Assembly: GCF_006345805.1 (NCBI RefSeq)
Contig: NC_043003.1
Location: forward strand, 63,860,001-63,924,000
Reading direction: 5' to 3'
DNA length: 64,000 bases
Source: Octopus sinensis
Taxonomy: Eukaryota
Positions 13,401 through 26,519 of the stretch are shown here, one piece after another (the stretch's first letter is position 1; each line of letters starts with the position of its first letter). The position numbers and the translations under genes are program-made. Below the pieces are notes generated by a model that saw only the letters and a program-made list of their open reading frames with translations, was not told the DNA's origin and did no database searches.

Positions 13401-14172
13401 ACAAAACGCATAATCACTCGTATTCGAGACGTGCATATGTATGCATATATGATTCAATTTTTGATCTGCCACAAACAAAACGAATAAATATAACAAACCC
13501 AAAGCAAAAAAAAAAACAAAAAAAAAAGAAAAGAAATCAATGAATAATAATAATAAAACAAGGAACACATTTAAATACCAAAACTAATAGAGTTCCTGAG
13601 ATAAGTAACCAAATTCATTGACACCTCATTGAATTCCCATTGAATTTGGACGTCAATTGCGCATTAAACAGATAATTTTAAAGCAACTAAAAGGCAGAAA
13701 AAATATTCATATAAAATATAAATGCATGCTGGAATCAATGTGAATATATTTCAGTAAATAACTTTATGCATTCAGTAATTAAGCAATGAAATATTTACGA
13801 GGGAAAATATTGATGCAGATCAAATTTCTAATTATTTATACTATATTTGTTTTGTTTTTTTTTCCTTTCACTCTTTAAATTGTATCATTCATTGGACTGC
13901 GACCATGCTGGGGCACCGCTTTGAAAGGTTTTAGTTGATTAAATCGATTCCAATGCTTATAATTTTCAAAAGTTTGGCTGCTGGTCATATCGTTCTCTTT
14001 TATCGAACCAACACGTTACTGGAATGTAAAGAAACTTGCTGGCAAGTCGTGTGGGGACGAACACATCACAAATGCAAAGACACACACACATTCACATACA
14101 TACACACACTCATACACATACATACACACACTCATACACACACATACATATATATATATATAATATATATTA

Positions 14173-14341
14173 TGGCTGTGTGGTAAGTAGCTTGCTAACC
14201 AACCACATGGTTGCGGGTTCAGTCCCACTGCGTGGCATCTTGGACAAGTGTCTTCTGCTATAGCCCCGGGCCGACCAATGCCTTGTGAGTGGATTTGGTA
14301 GACGGAAACTGAAAGAAGCCTGTCGTATATATGTATATATA

Positions 14342-14389
<48 letters not shown>

Positions 14390-14595
14390 TTGTGTGTCTG
14401 TGTTTATCCCCCTAGCATTGCTTGACAACCGATGCTGGTGTGTTTACGTCCCCGTCACTTAGCAGTTCGGCAAAAGAGACTGATAGAATAAGTACTGGGC
14501 GTCCAAAGAATAAGTCCCGGGGTCGATTTGCTCGACTAAAGGCGGTGCTCCAGCATGACCGCAGTCAAATGAAACAAGTAAAAGAGTAAAAGAGT
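14173..14595 (+). mobile_element. SINE family B, young subfamily
   Basis: tggctgtgtggtaagtagcttgc...gggttcagtcccactgcgtggc...gcagtcaaatgaaacaagtaaaagagta. Confidence 0.92.
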
Positions 14596-14611
14596 ATATA
14601 CGTAGAGAGAG

Positions 14612-14690
<79 letters not shown>
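14612..14690. repeat. (AAAG)n microsatellite
   Basis: Direct reading. Confidence 0.95.
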
Positions 14691-15350
14691 GAATAATACA
14701 AGTAAACACTTCAAAGTGGATATTGCGTTAGAACACACAAATACTGTAATATTTACCAAGAGAGAAATTGTCATATGATTGTAAGGTGCATAAAAGCACA
14801 TCAAAGCTATCGCCAGCGGCAGACACTACTTCCGCCGTTTGGACTACAAGATTAGGTGATTTCGGCCTGATTTAGCGGCTGTTATTAGTAGCTTCCACTT
14901 TTAAGCGATGAATATTTTACCTGTTAGGTATAAAGGTCTCTTGACATGTTCAACAAGCCGTGACACCTAAACCAAACACCAATCAATTTAAGTAATTGAG
15001 TAAAAACCACACCCTGATTATTCAGAATACAGTTTGCGAAAAATTAACATTCTGGAGTCTATACAAATGTGTTTAAGGCACACAATCTAGCCATCTCACT
15101 ACAGTTGTAAATTGTAAAACATAACTGTCACCACTACTACATGAACCTGAAGATTGCATAGTTTAATGCATGAAAGTACTAGTTCAATCAGAATGGACAT
15201 CTAATATTCTATCATTTCATTATATTATATTATCTTATCTTAGATTAGATTGTAAATAAGATTGTAAATAAAACGTGAAAATCGGACAAAGTTGAAATTT
15301 CTTTGAGTAATATATTTTTCTATACACAATCATACTCACCCGTGTATATA

Positions 15351-15908
15351 CACAGACATGCAGGAAGTAAATAGACACCTTTAATTTTCAAAATTTCTGA
15401 TCTAAGCGTCTTAATATGCTTTCAGTGGTATAGAATTTATAATGTATTATTCTTTTTCATTACAGGTGTCTAATTAAGCATTTGCGAAGAGTAGCCATGC
15501 CACGCATGTCAGATTTTCAAGGAGGTCGTACTGTTGGGTAATCTGAAGCTGGTCTTAGCCAGCGGAAAATTAACGAAAATCTTCAAATTCCTCTTGCTAT
15601 TGTTAATAGAACTATAGTGCAATTCAAAAACCAAAGAAAAGAATCAACAGATTCTCGTCCCAGCCAACCTGGGCCTCGGAAAGGAGGCTTAGCTGTTTGA
15701 AGAGAATTGTGGAAAACGAACCCTGTTCGAAGGCTTCTGACATTGCAAAACAGCTAGAAGTTAGTCCAAGAACGGGTGTTACATATCCGCATAAACTTGG
15801 GTATTATGGACGAGCAGCTAGAAGCAAACCTCTCCTTCAACCAATTAATATCAAATAAAGAATTTTGAAAATAATTAAAGGTTTCTATTTACTTCCTGCA
15901 TGTCAGTA
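15351..15908 (+). mobile_element. Internally deleted Tc1-like element with ~45-bp TIRs and TA TSD
   Basis: TIR cacagacatgcaggaagtaaatagacacctttaa vs ttaaaggtttctatttacttcctgcatgtcagta; ATG at 15497 starts MPRMSDFQGGRTVG*SEAGLSQRKINENLQIPLAIVNRTI (Tc1 HTH), later GYYGRAARSKPLL. Confidence 0.85.
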
Positions 15909-15921
15909 TATATATATGTAT

Positions 15922-15961
<40 letters not shown>

Positions 15962-16023
15962 TGTGTGTGTGTGGTGTGTGTGTGTGTGTGTATGTTTGTG
16001 TGTGTGTGTGTGTGTATGAATGC

Positions 16024-16182
16024 TACAAAGAGTAAAATAGATCTCGAACGGTGGGGAATAGCTGTGAAAACTACCTAGAAAATTGGATAAATACCCCTAG
16101 AAGACGTCTTCTAGGGGTTTTTACTTAATTTTCTAGGTAGTTTTCACAGCCAATCCGTGTTCGAGATTTACTTTTTTCTGTA
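16024..16182. mobile_element. Near-palindromic MITE-like foldback element
   Basis: Centre cccctagaagac|gtcttctagggg; arms gctgtgaaaactacctagaaaatt / aattttctaggtagttttcacagc; TA at both ends. Confidence 0.75.
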
Positions 16183-17554
16183 AAGTACCAAATGACTCGG
16201 CGCTTTTAAATTGTGTATATATATATATATATATAATAGATATATATGTGTGTGTGTGTGGTGTGTGTATGTGTGTGCGTATGTGTGTGTCCATATCTAT
16301 ATCTGTCTATCTCTATGTATATATGTATGTATGTATCTATCTATCTATCTGTCTATCTATATCTATATCTATATATATATATATATCTTTTATTACTTTT
16401 ATTCGTTTTACCCATGCAGCTGTGGTCATGCTACATAATAAGTGTGTATATGTATATATTATTTATGGGTAGCCTTTTACTTTTTCTGTCGCTGAGATAT
16501 TTTACCCAACACCCACTAGCTATTATTTATAGCTTTATCTTCTTCGAGTTCTATAGTTAAAAGCGAATTACATATATAAATACATATAATACTTCTTTCA
16601 TCAATACTACCTTACATTTCACAGTTACACGTGCCTATGTGCGTATGTATGTGTGTGTGTGAGTGAATATGTGCGTGTATTCTTTTTCGGTTATAATTGA
16701 GTGTAATCTACCGAATGTAAATTTGAAAATAACACGGAAATGGAATTTCCAGTTGAGATCAATTTAAAAGCATGAAATTAATTGGTTTTAACATTCTAAC
16801 ACACTCAGGGCCTTTTTTTTTCCTTCTGCTTTTGTTTTCTGTTTCTTCTTTCTTATCCTTCCCCCCCCCACCCCACCAACTTTAGCTAAGCCTCTGTAGT
16901 TATTGCTCTTTTTACAACTCTGGTATATTAGTATATTTCTCTTTTCTATTCTGCCAGTCGCATTACTATAGTTCATTCTCAGATGTCAAATTCTATGTAA
17001 GGCATCATTTACAGAACGCACTGATGCATTTGTTGAAGGGTTTTAAATTAAATGAAAACCAATAGCACCGTTTGATTGCACACCATGCATACTTGAAATC
17101 TTTTATATTGAAATTTTAGAATCAGTAAAGTCTGATAAGCTGGCAGAAAGAGTAAAACTTCGGACTAACTGACATTCTGAATTAAAATCTTGTCGAAGTC
17201 TACATTACCTTCCATGATACTTCGGATGACAAAACAAGTAAGAATACCAACCCGAACTGTGGCAAGCCATACTAAAATGTTCATATTTGAATTAAAATCT
17301 TGAGCTAAATCTCATTAGAATACGGATATCATGAGATTTCGCTTTGTCGACTGGCCTCCATTGTTGACTCGACTCGGCAACGTTCTCGCCAAAGCCGTTC
17401 ACTTACGAATTTCTTAAAAGCCTTTAAAACGGTATAAAATGTTGTGGGAAGCTAATAGCCATTAGGTTAATTAGCAGGAAATGATGTTCGTGTGTGAGTA
17501 TGTGTGTACGCGCGAGCGCGTGTGTTTGTATGTGTGTGTACACACACAAGCATG

Positions 17555-18110
17555 TATTCTTTTATTCTTTTATTTGTTTCAGTCATTCGATTGCAGCCAT
17601 GCTGGAGCACAGCCTTTAGTCGAACAAATCGACATCAGGACTTATTCTTTGTAAGCCTAGTACTAATTTTTCGGTCTCTTTTGGCCGAACCGCTGATATT
17701 ACGGGGATGTAAACACACCAACATCGGTTGTCAAGCGATGGTGGGGGGACAAATACAGACCAACAAGCATATACATATATATAAATATATCCCGGCCGAT
17801 GCAATATGCTTTTTGAATGGCGGTGCCCCAGCATGGCCACAGCTTGTGAGCTGAAACTAGATAAAATTTTTAAAAAATTAAATATATAAATATATATATA
17901 TATATATAATATAATATATATATATATACATACATACATATATACGACAGGCGTCTTTCAGTTTCAGTCTACCAAATCCACCCACAAGGCTTTGGTCGAC
18001 CTGAGGCTACAGTACAAGACACTTACCTAAGTTGTCAGAAGCAGTGGGATTGAACTCGGAACTATATGGTTGGGATGCCAGCTTCTTACACACAGCTAAA
18101 CCAGCGCCTA
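17555..18110 (-). mobile_element. SINE family B, interrupted by a short plus-strand SINE tail fragment (~17800-17865)
   Basis: Tail and head match family B. Confidence 0.8.
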
Positions 18111-18119
18111 TGTATACAT

Positions 18120-18712
18120 AATAATAATGTTCGTCCATCGTTATCGACAATGGCCAAGGCCATCATATGGCGGATGGGTCACGGTGTGTCTGGTACCTGC
18201 TTGGAAGACTAGACCACAGGTCGAGCACTGATGGTCTGCTGGAAACGAAGACTCTGGACATGCGCATCTCACGTTTTCTTTGTGCTCCTGAGAACCTGTT
18301 CTGTTTGTAGAAGGTGGAACCGCTGATGGTGCAGCTTCGCTGGGCAGGGTTGTCCTGCGCCTGCATTCCTCGAGTGTCAGGGATGATCTCAAAGCACTAC
18401 AGTGGGGTTTGAAATGTATCCTTGCAGCGCTTTTTCTGTGCACCTTGTGTGCGCTTTCCTCTTGCCAGTTCTCTGTGAAACAGTCTTTTGGGGACTCGTG
18501 TGTTAGGCATTCGAGCAAGGTGGCCTACCCACCTGACCATCGCTCTCCTCAGCAGCGTGTAAATGCTTAGCAGATCGTCTCGGGAGAGAACCTCCGTGTC
18601 TGACACCTTGTCTTGTCAGGTGACATTCAACAGCTTTTTCGGGCAGTTAATGTGGAAGCGATTTAGGCGTTTCGCGTGACCTTCATAAACCGGTCAAGTC
18701 TTGCAAGCATAC
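18120..18712 (-). pseudogene. 5'-truncated RTE/BovB-like LINE 3' end
   Basis: Minus frames: YACKT*PVYEGHAKRLNRFHINC...QDKVSDTEVL...RWVGHLARMPNTRVPKRLF..GKRTQGAQKKRCKDT; CSTCG zinc finger; 3' end gtcgataacgatggacgaac plus (TTA) tail; stops and frameshifts. Confidence 0.88.
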
Positions 18713-19019
18713 ATTAGTATATATATTTTTTTCACGCGCGCGCAGACTCATACACACACGTGCACATACACACACGTGCACATACACACACACACACACA
18801 CTCACACACGTGTATGCATAAGAAATTACGGTAGACAAGTATATATCATTTGTTCTCTACGTACTTTTCCCTGTTCTGGTTGTTTGGGACCACAACATGT
18901 TCCAGGTTAGCTTAGATGTTTAACAACAACGGAACATCATGTAGAACTCGAAACTCAACAATTACAGTCGTCCATCTAATTGTACACACAAGCTATATTG
19001 TATGTATGCATGTATATAC

Positions 19020-19028
19020 GTATGTATA

Positions 19029-19064
<36 letters not shown>

Positions 19065-19370
19065 TGTATGTATGTATGTATGTATGTATGTGTGTGTGTG
19101 GTGTGTGTGTCTGTGTATGTATGTATGTATGTATGCATGCATGCATGTATGTATGTATGTTTGCATGTATATATATATGTACGTATGTATGTGTATGTAT
19201 GCATGTGTATGTATGTATATATGTATGAATGTATCTATCTATCTATATTTCTATCTATCTATCTATCTACCTACCTACATATATACATACACACGCATTC
19301 ATACATACATACATACATACATACATACAGATACATACATACATACATACATCATACATACATACATAAG
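19020..19370. repeat. (TATG)n/(TACA)n compound microsatellite
   Basis: Direct reading. Confidence 0.92.
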
Positions 19371-19649
19371 AATCTATGCAAATAAAATTTTACAAATGAA
19401 GTGAAAAAGCTAATTCTTCAGGAAATTAACTCCCGAGGAATCATATCTGATGCTATTCCAGTGTTAACATCGTTTAGGCGACAAGTTGCTTGATTTCTTT
19501 TGTAATTTTCTTGACACACAGTCTGATCGGTTGCACAGTTTGGAGCACTTAGTCACTAAGTATCGATGACCGAGTGACACAGTCTGGCATTTAAAAGTAC
19601 AGTAGTAATATTGTTTCTTGCTATTTCGCTGATTCTACATATAGTATTC

Positions 19650-20073
19650 GGATCTTTTCGGTTTGAACGGCAGTTTTTAACATAATTTCTAGGTAATTAA
19701 AAATTTTTAAACTTCGTATACTGGTAGAATGTGTTTATAAAACATCTTTTTCTCTTGGCTTTATTGAGAAAATTCTACTGTTTATAAGATATTTGTTGAT
19801 GTTTTTTCTGCAATTTCTGCAATTTCAACCAATCAGTGACGTCTATTGAGTTAAAAAGCATTCTTTGCCGTATGAATATGTCCCTCGTTTAAGAAACAGA
19901 TTGGGTTTATTTACATTTGTGAAGAAAAAAAAGATACCCTTCCCCCACCCCTAACCCTAACCCTAACCCTAAAAGAGATTGAAATGCAACAGATCAATTG
20001 TAGGGTCATAATTATGGGTGACAATTTCATATGACACCGCTAGATAAAACTGCCGTTCAAACCGAAAGGATCC
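19650..20073. mobile_element. MITE with 28-bp TIRs and internal (CCCTAA)4
   Basis: ggatcttttcggtttgaacggcagtttt (19650-19677) vs aaaactgccgttcaaaccgaaaggatcc (20046-20073); (CCCTAA)4 at 19949-19972. Confidence 0.85.
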
Positions 20074-20373
20074 TAGTATTCTAATGATAACAGCTTTTGA
20101 TTAAGACAACTAAGTGTTTTTGTAGCGGACTCCACTGAGTGTTTTTGTTTGTTTTCCTTTTCTTTTTCATGTGGTCTAAGTTAAAATAACACTAAATATG
20201 GACTTCACTAGCTGTACAATCACCTTAAACAAAGCGATGTTAAGATGGCGCCCCAACGACAGCATCCAGAATTGACAGTTAAAGTCAGGACAAGGCAAAC
20301 CGTTAATCTCGACACATTTTTTTTCTCACACCGTATTTTCGTTCTCTCTACATTTTCTTTCCTCTCATCTTTT

Positions 20374-20412
20374 CTTTTCTATCGAAGAGCGTCAACTCGA
20401 AACGTCAAAGAC
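20374..20412 (+). ncRNA. Degenerate minimal hammerhead-like motif (core CUAUCGA)
   Basis: cttt(t) CTATCGA a gag cgtcaa ctc GAAA cg tc aaag; followed by the family tail ttctgagc. Confidence 0.45.
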
Positions 20413-20715
20413 TTTTCCATTCTTTCTGAGCATCAAATGAATACATTCGCTTATTGTCCCCCCCCCCCCACACACACACACGCATACACACAAGTGGATT
20501 CTCTTGTCGTGAACGAGAAATGCGGGTTCAGTAACAGAAAGCAGTAATTATGTTCTATAGACATGGATGTTTCTTAAGGCCTGTTGGTGCTTTGTAAAGC
20601 CTTTGGCAAATGGAACAAGTTGAGGACTCAGTTTGTTCGAGTGCATGTGGATCATATATGCAAACACACACACACACACACGCATATTTATGCGCACATT
20701 ACATATACATATACT

Positions 20716-20799
<84 letters not shown>

Positions 20800-20804
20800 A
20801 TATA

Positions 20805-21140
20805 TGGGAGACCCCCCTTCGGTCATGAATGACCATGGGATTGCACCTAGAAAGTTACTCTCCGAGACACAAGTCCGGGCAATGTTGTTATGGAAGACTA
20901 TCGGTCATCCATGCATATCAACCTCCGTTCTCCACACCATCAATGTTATCCAAAGGAATGGTAACCGAAATACAGCTTAGCACCGGTGATGTCACAACTC
21001 ATTTCTACAGCTGAGTTAACTGGAGCAACGTGAAATAAAGTGTTTTACTCAAGAACACAACACGTAGCCCGGTCCGGGAATCGAACTCACAACCTCACGA
21101 TCGTAAGCTCGACGCTGTAACCACTGAGCTATGCGTCCTC
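20805..21140 (-). mobile_element. tRNA-derived SINE family C
   Basis: Minus head gacgcatagctcagtggttacagcgtcgagc...gagttcgattcccggaccggg (A and B boxes). Confidence 0.85.
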
Positions 21141-21222
21141 ATATATATATATACAAAACGCACACACATACATATATATGCATATATCTATCTATCTATC
21201 TATATATATATATATATCTCTC

Positions 21223-21590
21223 TCTATATAAACGGCAGTTTGTCTGTGCGTGTTCTGTCTGTGTCTGTTTTCTCGTACCCTCACCCTGACCATGGCTTTC
21301 AACCGATTCTGATGAATTGACACACACATAGCCCAATGTCATAATTCAAACTAACGCAGCGAAAATTTTGAAAAGTTGCCCCATTTCTGAAAAAAATCGA
21401 TAAATTCGACATGGGTCGAGAGAAAAAAAAAAAAAAACCACAGACTGTCTAGGGGACGCAACTCAACCTTTTTTTACTCTCAAAAAAAATTTACCATCAT
21501 TTTTTTTTTACATTTTTTGCTATAACTCTCTAAAAATGCTTTATAGCTATTTCCCTTACAAACCTGAGCAACGCCGGGCGATACTGCTAG
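21223..21590 (+). mobile_element. Non-autonomous Helitron
   Basis: 5' TC (tctatataaacggc); 3' ctgagcaacgccgggcgatactgCTAG followed by T. Confidence 0.75.
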
Positions 21591-21639
21591 TATATATATA
21601 TATATATACACATATATATGTATGTATGTATGTATGCAA

Positions 21640-21672
<33 letters not shown>

Positions 21673-21696
21673 CGTTTTGTATATATATATATATGA

Positions 21697-21905
21697 AAGC
21701 GCATGGCTCAATGGTTAGAGCGTCGAGGGGACGCCATGATAGATCGTTAGCCACTACATATATTTTTTTCTCTCCTTGTTTTCTGTGTCCCTTTCTGTAG
21801 AAGAGCGTAGGCTCGAAGCGTAAAAGACTTTTTCTATTCCTGAGCGTTATACTAATACATCTGTGTGGTTTGTACACCACCTGTCTTCGTCTTTGGTTGT
21901 TTTTT
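21697..21905 (+). mobile_element. Chimeric element: tRNA A-box head plus HHR-bearing PLE-type tail
   Basis: gcgcatggctcaatggttagagcgtcga, then cgccatgatagatcgttagcc and an HHR-like fold at 21791-21827; tail homologous to 1523-1709. Confidence 0.6.
21791..21827 (+). ncRNA. Minimal hammerhead-like motif (core CUGUAGA)
   Basis: cttt CTGTAGA a gagc gtag gctc GAAG cg ta aaag. Confidence 0.5.
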
Positions 21906-21910
21906 TTCGT

Positions 21911-21948
<38 letters not shown>

Positions 21949-21952
21949 CTCT

Positions 21953-22005
<53 letters not shown>

Positions 22006-22744
22006 ATATTTTTGTTGTTTTTGTAAAATCTCAGAAAATAATTAAAAATTCACATTTTTTATCAAATTATTTTGTTATATATATATATATATATACACAC
22101 GCATGCACACTCACATATATATTATGAATATTTTGGAGAAAGTACATGAGTTCTCGTTATATGGTTATGGTGATAACTTCCAGCACGTTTCTGTCTTAGC
22201 GAGATAAAGTCAAGATGGTTATATAACAATCTAGATCTGATTACAGAACGAAGGAACAGAACAGAAGAAATTAGTTTCGACTCACTACGCCAAGTATAGC
22301 AGCCACCACTTAACTATCCGTTATTCAAGCAAACAGCAACCCTGAGATATTTTCTAGCATCATTAATAGATATGACCTAAACAGTTGTTACCAGACACAC
22401 TTACCCGCTCCCTGTATAATTTTATGAATATTAATTAAAATTATAGGAGTCCTCGCTTGCCCGTTGCAATAGTAATTTTTCATTAACGTTAATGAATTCA
22501 ATTGATTAGAAATGATTTTCGACTTACCTTGCCAAATATCGTAGACTGTCGTTAATTATATGTTCTCTGTGTTGAACACACTCATGGGATATTTCCTAGT
22601 GTCATTATACATGTTTGTATGTGTGTTTGCATGTGTGTATGTGTGTGCGAGTGTGCGTGTGCACGTGTGAATATGTGTGGTTGCATATATGAATGCTGAT
22701 ATACTTATTTACAAATATGTATATATATATATGCGCTGGAGTTG

Positions 22745-22896
22745 CTGTGAGGTAAGTAGGTTGCTTACCAACCACATGGTTCCAAGTTCAGTCCCACTAC
22801 GTGGCAACTTGAGCAAGTGTCTTCTACTATAGCCTTGGGCTGACCAGAGCCTTGTGAGTGGATTTAGCAGACAGAAACTGAAAGAAGCCCGTCGTA
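22745..22896 (+). mobile_element. SINE family B 5' half, split by a Tc1 insertion; 3' half at 24590-24778
   Basis: Head ends gaagcccgtcgtata exactly where the Tc1 TIR starts; tail resumes after it. Confidence 0.85.
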
Positions 22897-22900
22897 TATA

Positions 22901-24527
22901 CAGTTGCGGCCAAAATGTTCAGAACGGCATTGTTTTCGTCAGAAAAGTAAATACAAGTTTTTATCAAAGTTGTTTTATATTCTATAATTTTCACAGACAA
23001 TAAATACGATATCATTTGTTATTGCCTGAGATTTTGGTGTAATTTGAGAGGATAATACAAAACTTATGGATGATTTAGTGATTTACTGCAAAACCCGTGG
23101 CGGCCAAAATTATCAGAACGGTTGCTTTTACTCCGTGTTTTAGTATATTTAACCGGCGAACTCTAATGTTTTGAATTTGTTTACGTGACGGTTCGTTTAC
23201 TAAACATTAGTAAGAATATTTGCAGTGTACTTTGTTAATATAATGCCACTTACTCCGTTACCAATTCGTCAGCAGATTATTAAGCTTCGAAGGAAGGATA
23301 ATTTAAGTATTGGATCTATTGCAAAGATTGTTAACACGTCAAAAAGTGTTGTACACGGTATTCTTAAGGTCTTCGATGATTGTGGTTCGTGTCAAGCAAG
23401 AAAGTTTACAGGTAGGCCAAGAAAGACGACCAAGAGAGAAGATCGTGCTATGGTAAAGTTGGTTAAAAAGGACAGATTTAAAACTGCTGTTGCTGTTTCT
23501 CGGAAAATGAGCATTGTATTGAAGAAAACTTTATTTCGAAAAACTGTGTCTCGTTGTTTAGTTGAGCAAGAGTTTAGCAAGAGCACCTGCAGTGAAGGCA
23601 CTGATCAGCTCCAAAAATAAAAAGTGTCGTCTTACCTTTGCAACCGAACATGTGTTGTGGTCTCAAGAAAAATGGTAAACGGTGCATTTCAGTGATGAAT
23701 CTAAGTTTATGCTATTTGGCTTAGATGGGAAAAGGTACGTTCGTAGAAAAGTAGGTGAAAAATTGTTGCCTAAATGCCTTAAGACTAGTGTTAAATTCGG
23801 TGGAGGAAGTGTCATGGTTTGGGGAATGATATCTGGAGATGGTATGGGCCCTTTGGTGCGATTACATGGAAAATTAAATGCAGGAGTTTATAAACAACTT
23901 GTAAAAGATCACGTCTTGCCTGTGCTGAGAAATTCAACTAAGCGACCACCCATATTCATGCAGAACAATGCCCCATGTCACAAGGCTAAGGTGGTCATGA
24001 ACTTCCTCAAGGCTGAAAAGGTTATTGTTATGGATTGGCCAGCTCAAAGCCCAGATCTCAATCCTATTGAAAATGTGTGGAATATTCTAGGAGAACGTTC
24101 GAAAGACAGAAATCCTAAAACAACTGAGCAATTATGGAATGCCCTTCAGGAAGAATGGAATAAGATCACCCAGCAAGAAATTGAAAATTTAATTTCCTCA
24201 TGCAGTCAAAGATGTCAGAGTGTGATTGAAGCTAAAGGGCTTCACACTAAATATTAAATAATTCCAGTATTCTCTGTCATTTTTGATTATTTTGTTATTT
24301 TTTCAACCGTTCTGATCATTTTGGCCGCCATGGGTTTTGCAGTAAATCACTAAATCATCCATAACTTTTGTATTATCCTCTCAAATTACACCAAAATCTC
24401 AGACAATAACAATTCATATTGTATTTATTGTCTGTGAAAATTATAGAAAATAAAACAACTTTGATAAAAACTTATACCTACTCTTCTGACTAAAACAATG
24501 CCGTTCTGAACATTTTAGCCGCAAATA
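22901..24527 (+). mobile_element. Near full-length Tc1-family transposon with ~220-bp IR/DR-type TIRs
   Basis: TIRs 22901-23123 and 24304-24527, each with outer and inner gcggccaaaat(g/t)(t/a)tcagaacgg direct repeats; TA flanks. Confidence 0.93.
23243..24257 (+). pseudogene. Tc1 DD34E transposase pseudogene
   Basis: HTH...GRPRKTTKREDR...; FSDESKF...VMVWG...QNNAPCH (second D to N)...SPDLNPIENVW; frameshift near 23580 and TAA at ~23676. Confidence 0.93.
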
Positions 24528-24546
24528 TATATATATATATATACAC

Positions 24547-24592
<46 letters not shown>

Positions 24593-25050
24593 TGTCCCCC
24601 CACCATCGATTGGCAAATGAAGATGGTGTGATCACGTCCCCGTAGCTTAGCAGTTCGGCGAAAGAGACGGATAGAGTAAGTACTAGGAGGCTTACAAAGA
24701 ATAAGTCCTGGGTTGATTTGTTCGACTAAAGGCGGTGCTCCAGCATGGCCGCAGTCAAATGACTGACACAAATAAAAGAATATATATATATTGTATGTTT
24801 ACAACATGAACACATTTATGTGGGCATATATAACACACACATAAATTCATACACACACGCAGTAGCACTTCTGGACACATTTTCTTTCAACAATACTGAG
24901 TCTGGCTTTCTTCATTATATGCAATGAGCTAAATCGAAAAAGAAAACAAAATTGAGTTATTATCAGCTGCTAAAGTTCGTAGAGTAACAGCATATATATA
25001 TATATATATATTCCTCTGTCTTCCCTTCTCTGGATCTTTCCTTCTCCTAT

Positions 25051-25085
25051 GTTTCCGACGAAGAGCTCCACTCGAAACGTTAAAC
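25051..25085 (+). ncRNA. Minimal hammerhead-like motif (core CCGACGA) in a PLE-type tail (~24930-25190)
   Basis: gttt CCGACGA a gag ctcca ctc GAAA cg tt aaac; downstream ttcctgagcg tail motif. Confidence 0.5.
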
Positions 25086-25230
25086 CCCCCTTCTTTCATT
25101 CTTTCCTGAGCGTCCAATAATACTATATTTGTTCCACGTCCTCGCGTTGTTGTGTTTTTTTTGTGTTTTCTTGTTTGGATTAACTTTATAATATATATAT
25201 TATATATATATTATATATATTATAATATAT

Positions 25231-25232
<2 letters not shown>

Positions 25233-25312
<80 letters not shown>

Positions 25313-25336
25313 CATAGATAGAATAGATAGATAGAA

Positions 25337-25392
<56 letters not shown>
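25233..25392. repeat. (AGAT)n microsatellite
   Basis: Direct reading. Confidence 0.95.
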
Positions 25393-25396
25393 TTTG

Positions 25397-25707
25397 TATC
25401 TAGTTAAAATAAGAAAAGAATATGGAGATAAGGATGTTAACAATTATTTATTATTAACAAATTGGCCATCGTCGCTCCTTACAGACTGAATCTGCTGAAA
25501 TGAACTGATAGGACCACATATGACATCTCAAAGTACATCTTTTTTTCTGTCTGCTGAAATTATGCTCATGTCACATAAATGCAAATTTAATATACAAATT
25601 TGTAATTAAATTATTGAGTATTAATTGAAACGGCTGTAAGAAGCGCAGATGACCAGTTTGTTGTTAACTTCCTTATCTCCGTTTGCTTTTCTTCTTTTAA
25701 CTGGATA
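25397..25707. mobile_element. Degenerate MITE with ~80-bp TIRs, TA-flanked
   Basis: tatctagttaaaataagaaaag...ggagataaggatgttaac...aacaaattggccatcgtcgctccttacag vs ctgtaagaagcgcagatgaccagtttgttgttaacttccttatctcc...ttttaactggata. Confidence 0.7.
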
Positions 25708-26309
25708 TAAACTATATGTTTATTATATACATATTGCTTTAAGGGAATTTCATTCCCCAACAATACTAGGTATTGAACCAGTACTTGGATGCAACCATCC
25801 CTTCCAGAGGTTAACATATCCCTCAATTAAATTTATATATGTATGTATATATATATATTATGTGTATGTGTACACATATGCGTGTTTATATATTTATATA
25901 TATATATGTATGCTTGTATACAGACATACATGTATAAATATATATATATATATATAATATATATATATATAATATATATATATATAAGAAATAAAAGAAA
26001 TATATACATTACATCTTACAACGTGGGGATAATCGAAATTCCTCCCGTTCTGTTATTTTATATATATATATATAGAGGGAGAGAGAGAGAGAGAGAGAGA
26101 GGTGGGAGAGGTAGGGAGAGACTAGGAGAGTCAAGGAGAGGCAGGGAGAGGTTGAAGAAATACAGAGGAAGAAAGAAAAAAGATAGATAGATAGGTAGAT
26201 AGATAGATAGATAGACAGACAGACTGACTGACAGGCAAACAGACACGCACATGCAAATATATATTCATATACAAACATATCCATACGACGATGCGTTAAT
26301 GAGTAGTCA

Positions 26310-26360
<51 letters not shown>

Positions 26361-26519
26361 TGTGTGCATATGTGCGTGCTAGGAATAGGCGTGTATACGC
26401 AAATGTGTGAGTGGATTTTGACACACAAATATATATTAGCTTATTCTTTTATTTTCGTTGCTTTGCGAACTTCCCACCATATCGAATTTAAACAGAACTC
26501 TGTAAATAATAATTACATT

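Noticed and set aside
22400-22415. 7-nt minus-strand microexon candidate (tatacag GGAGCGG gtaagt)
   Set aside because: Weak acceptor; the surrounding segment is partly repeated at ~22580, suggesting repeat origin.
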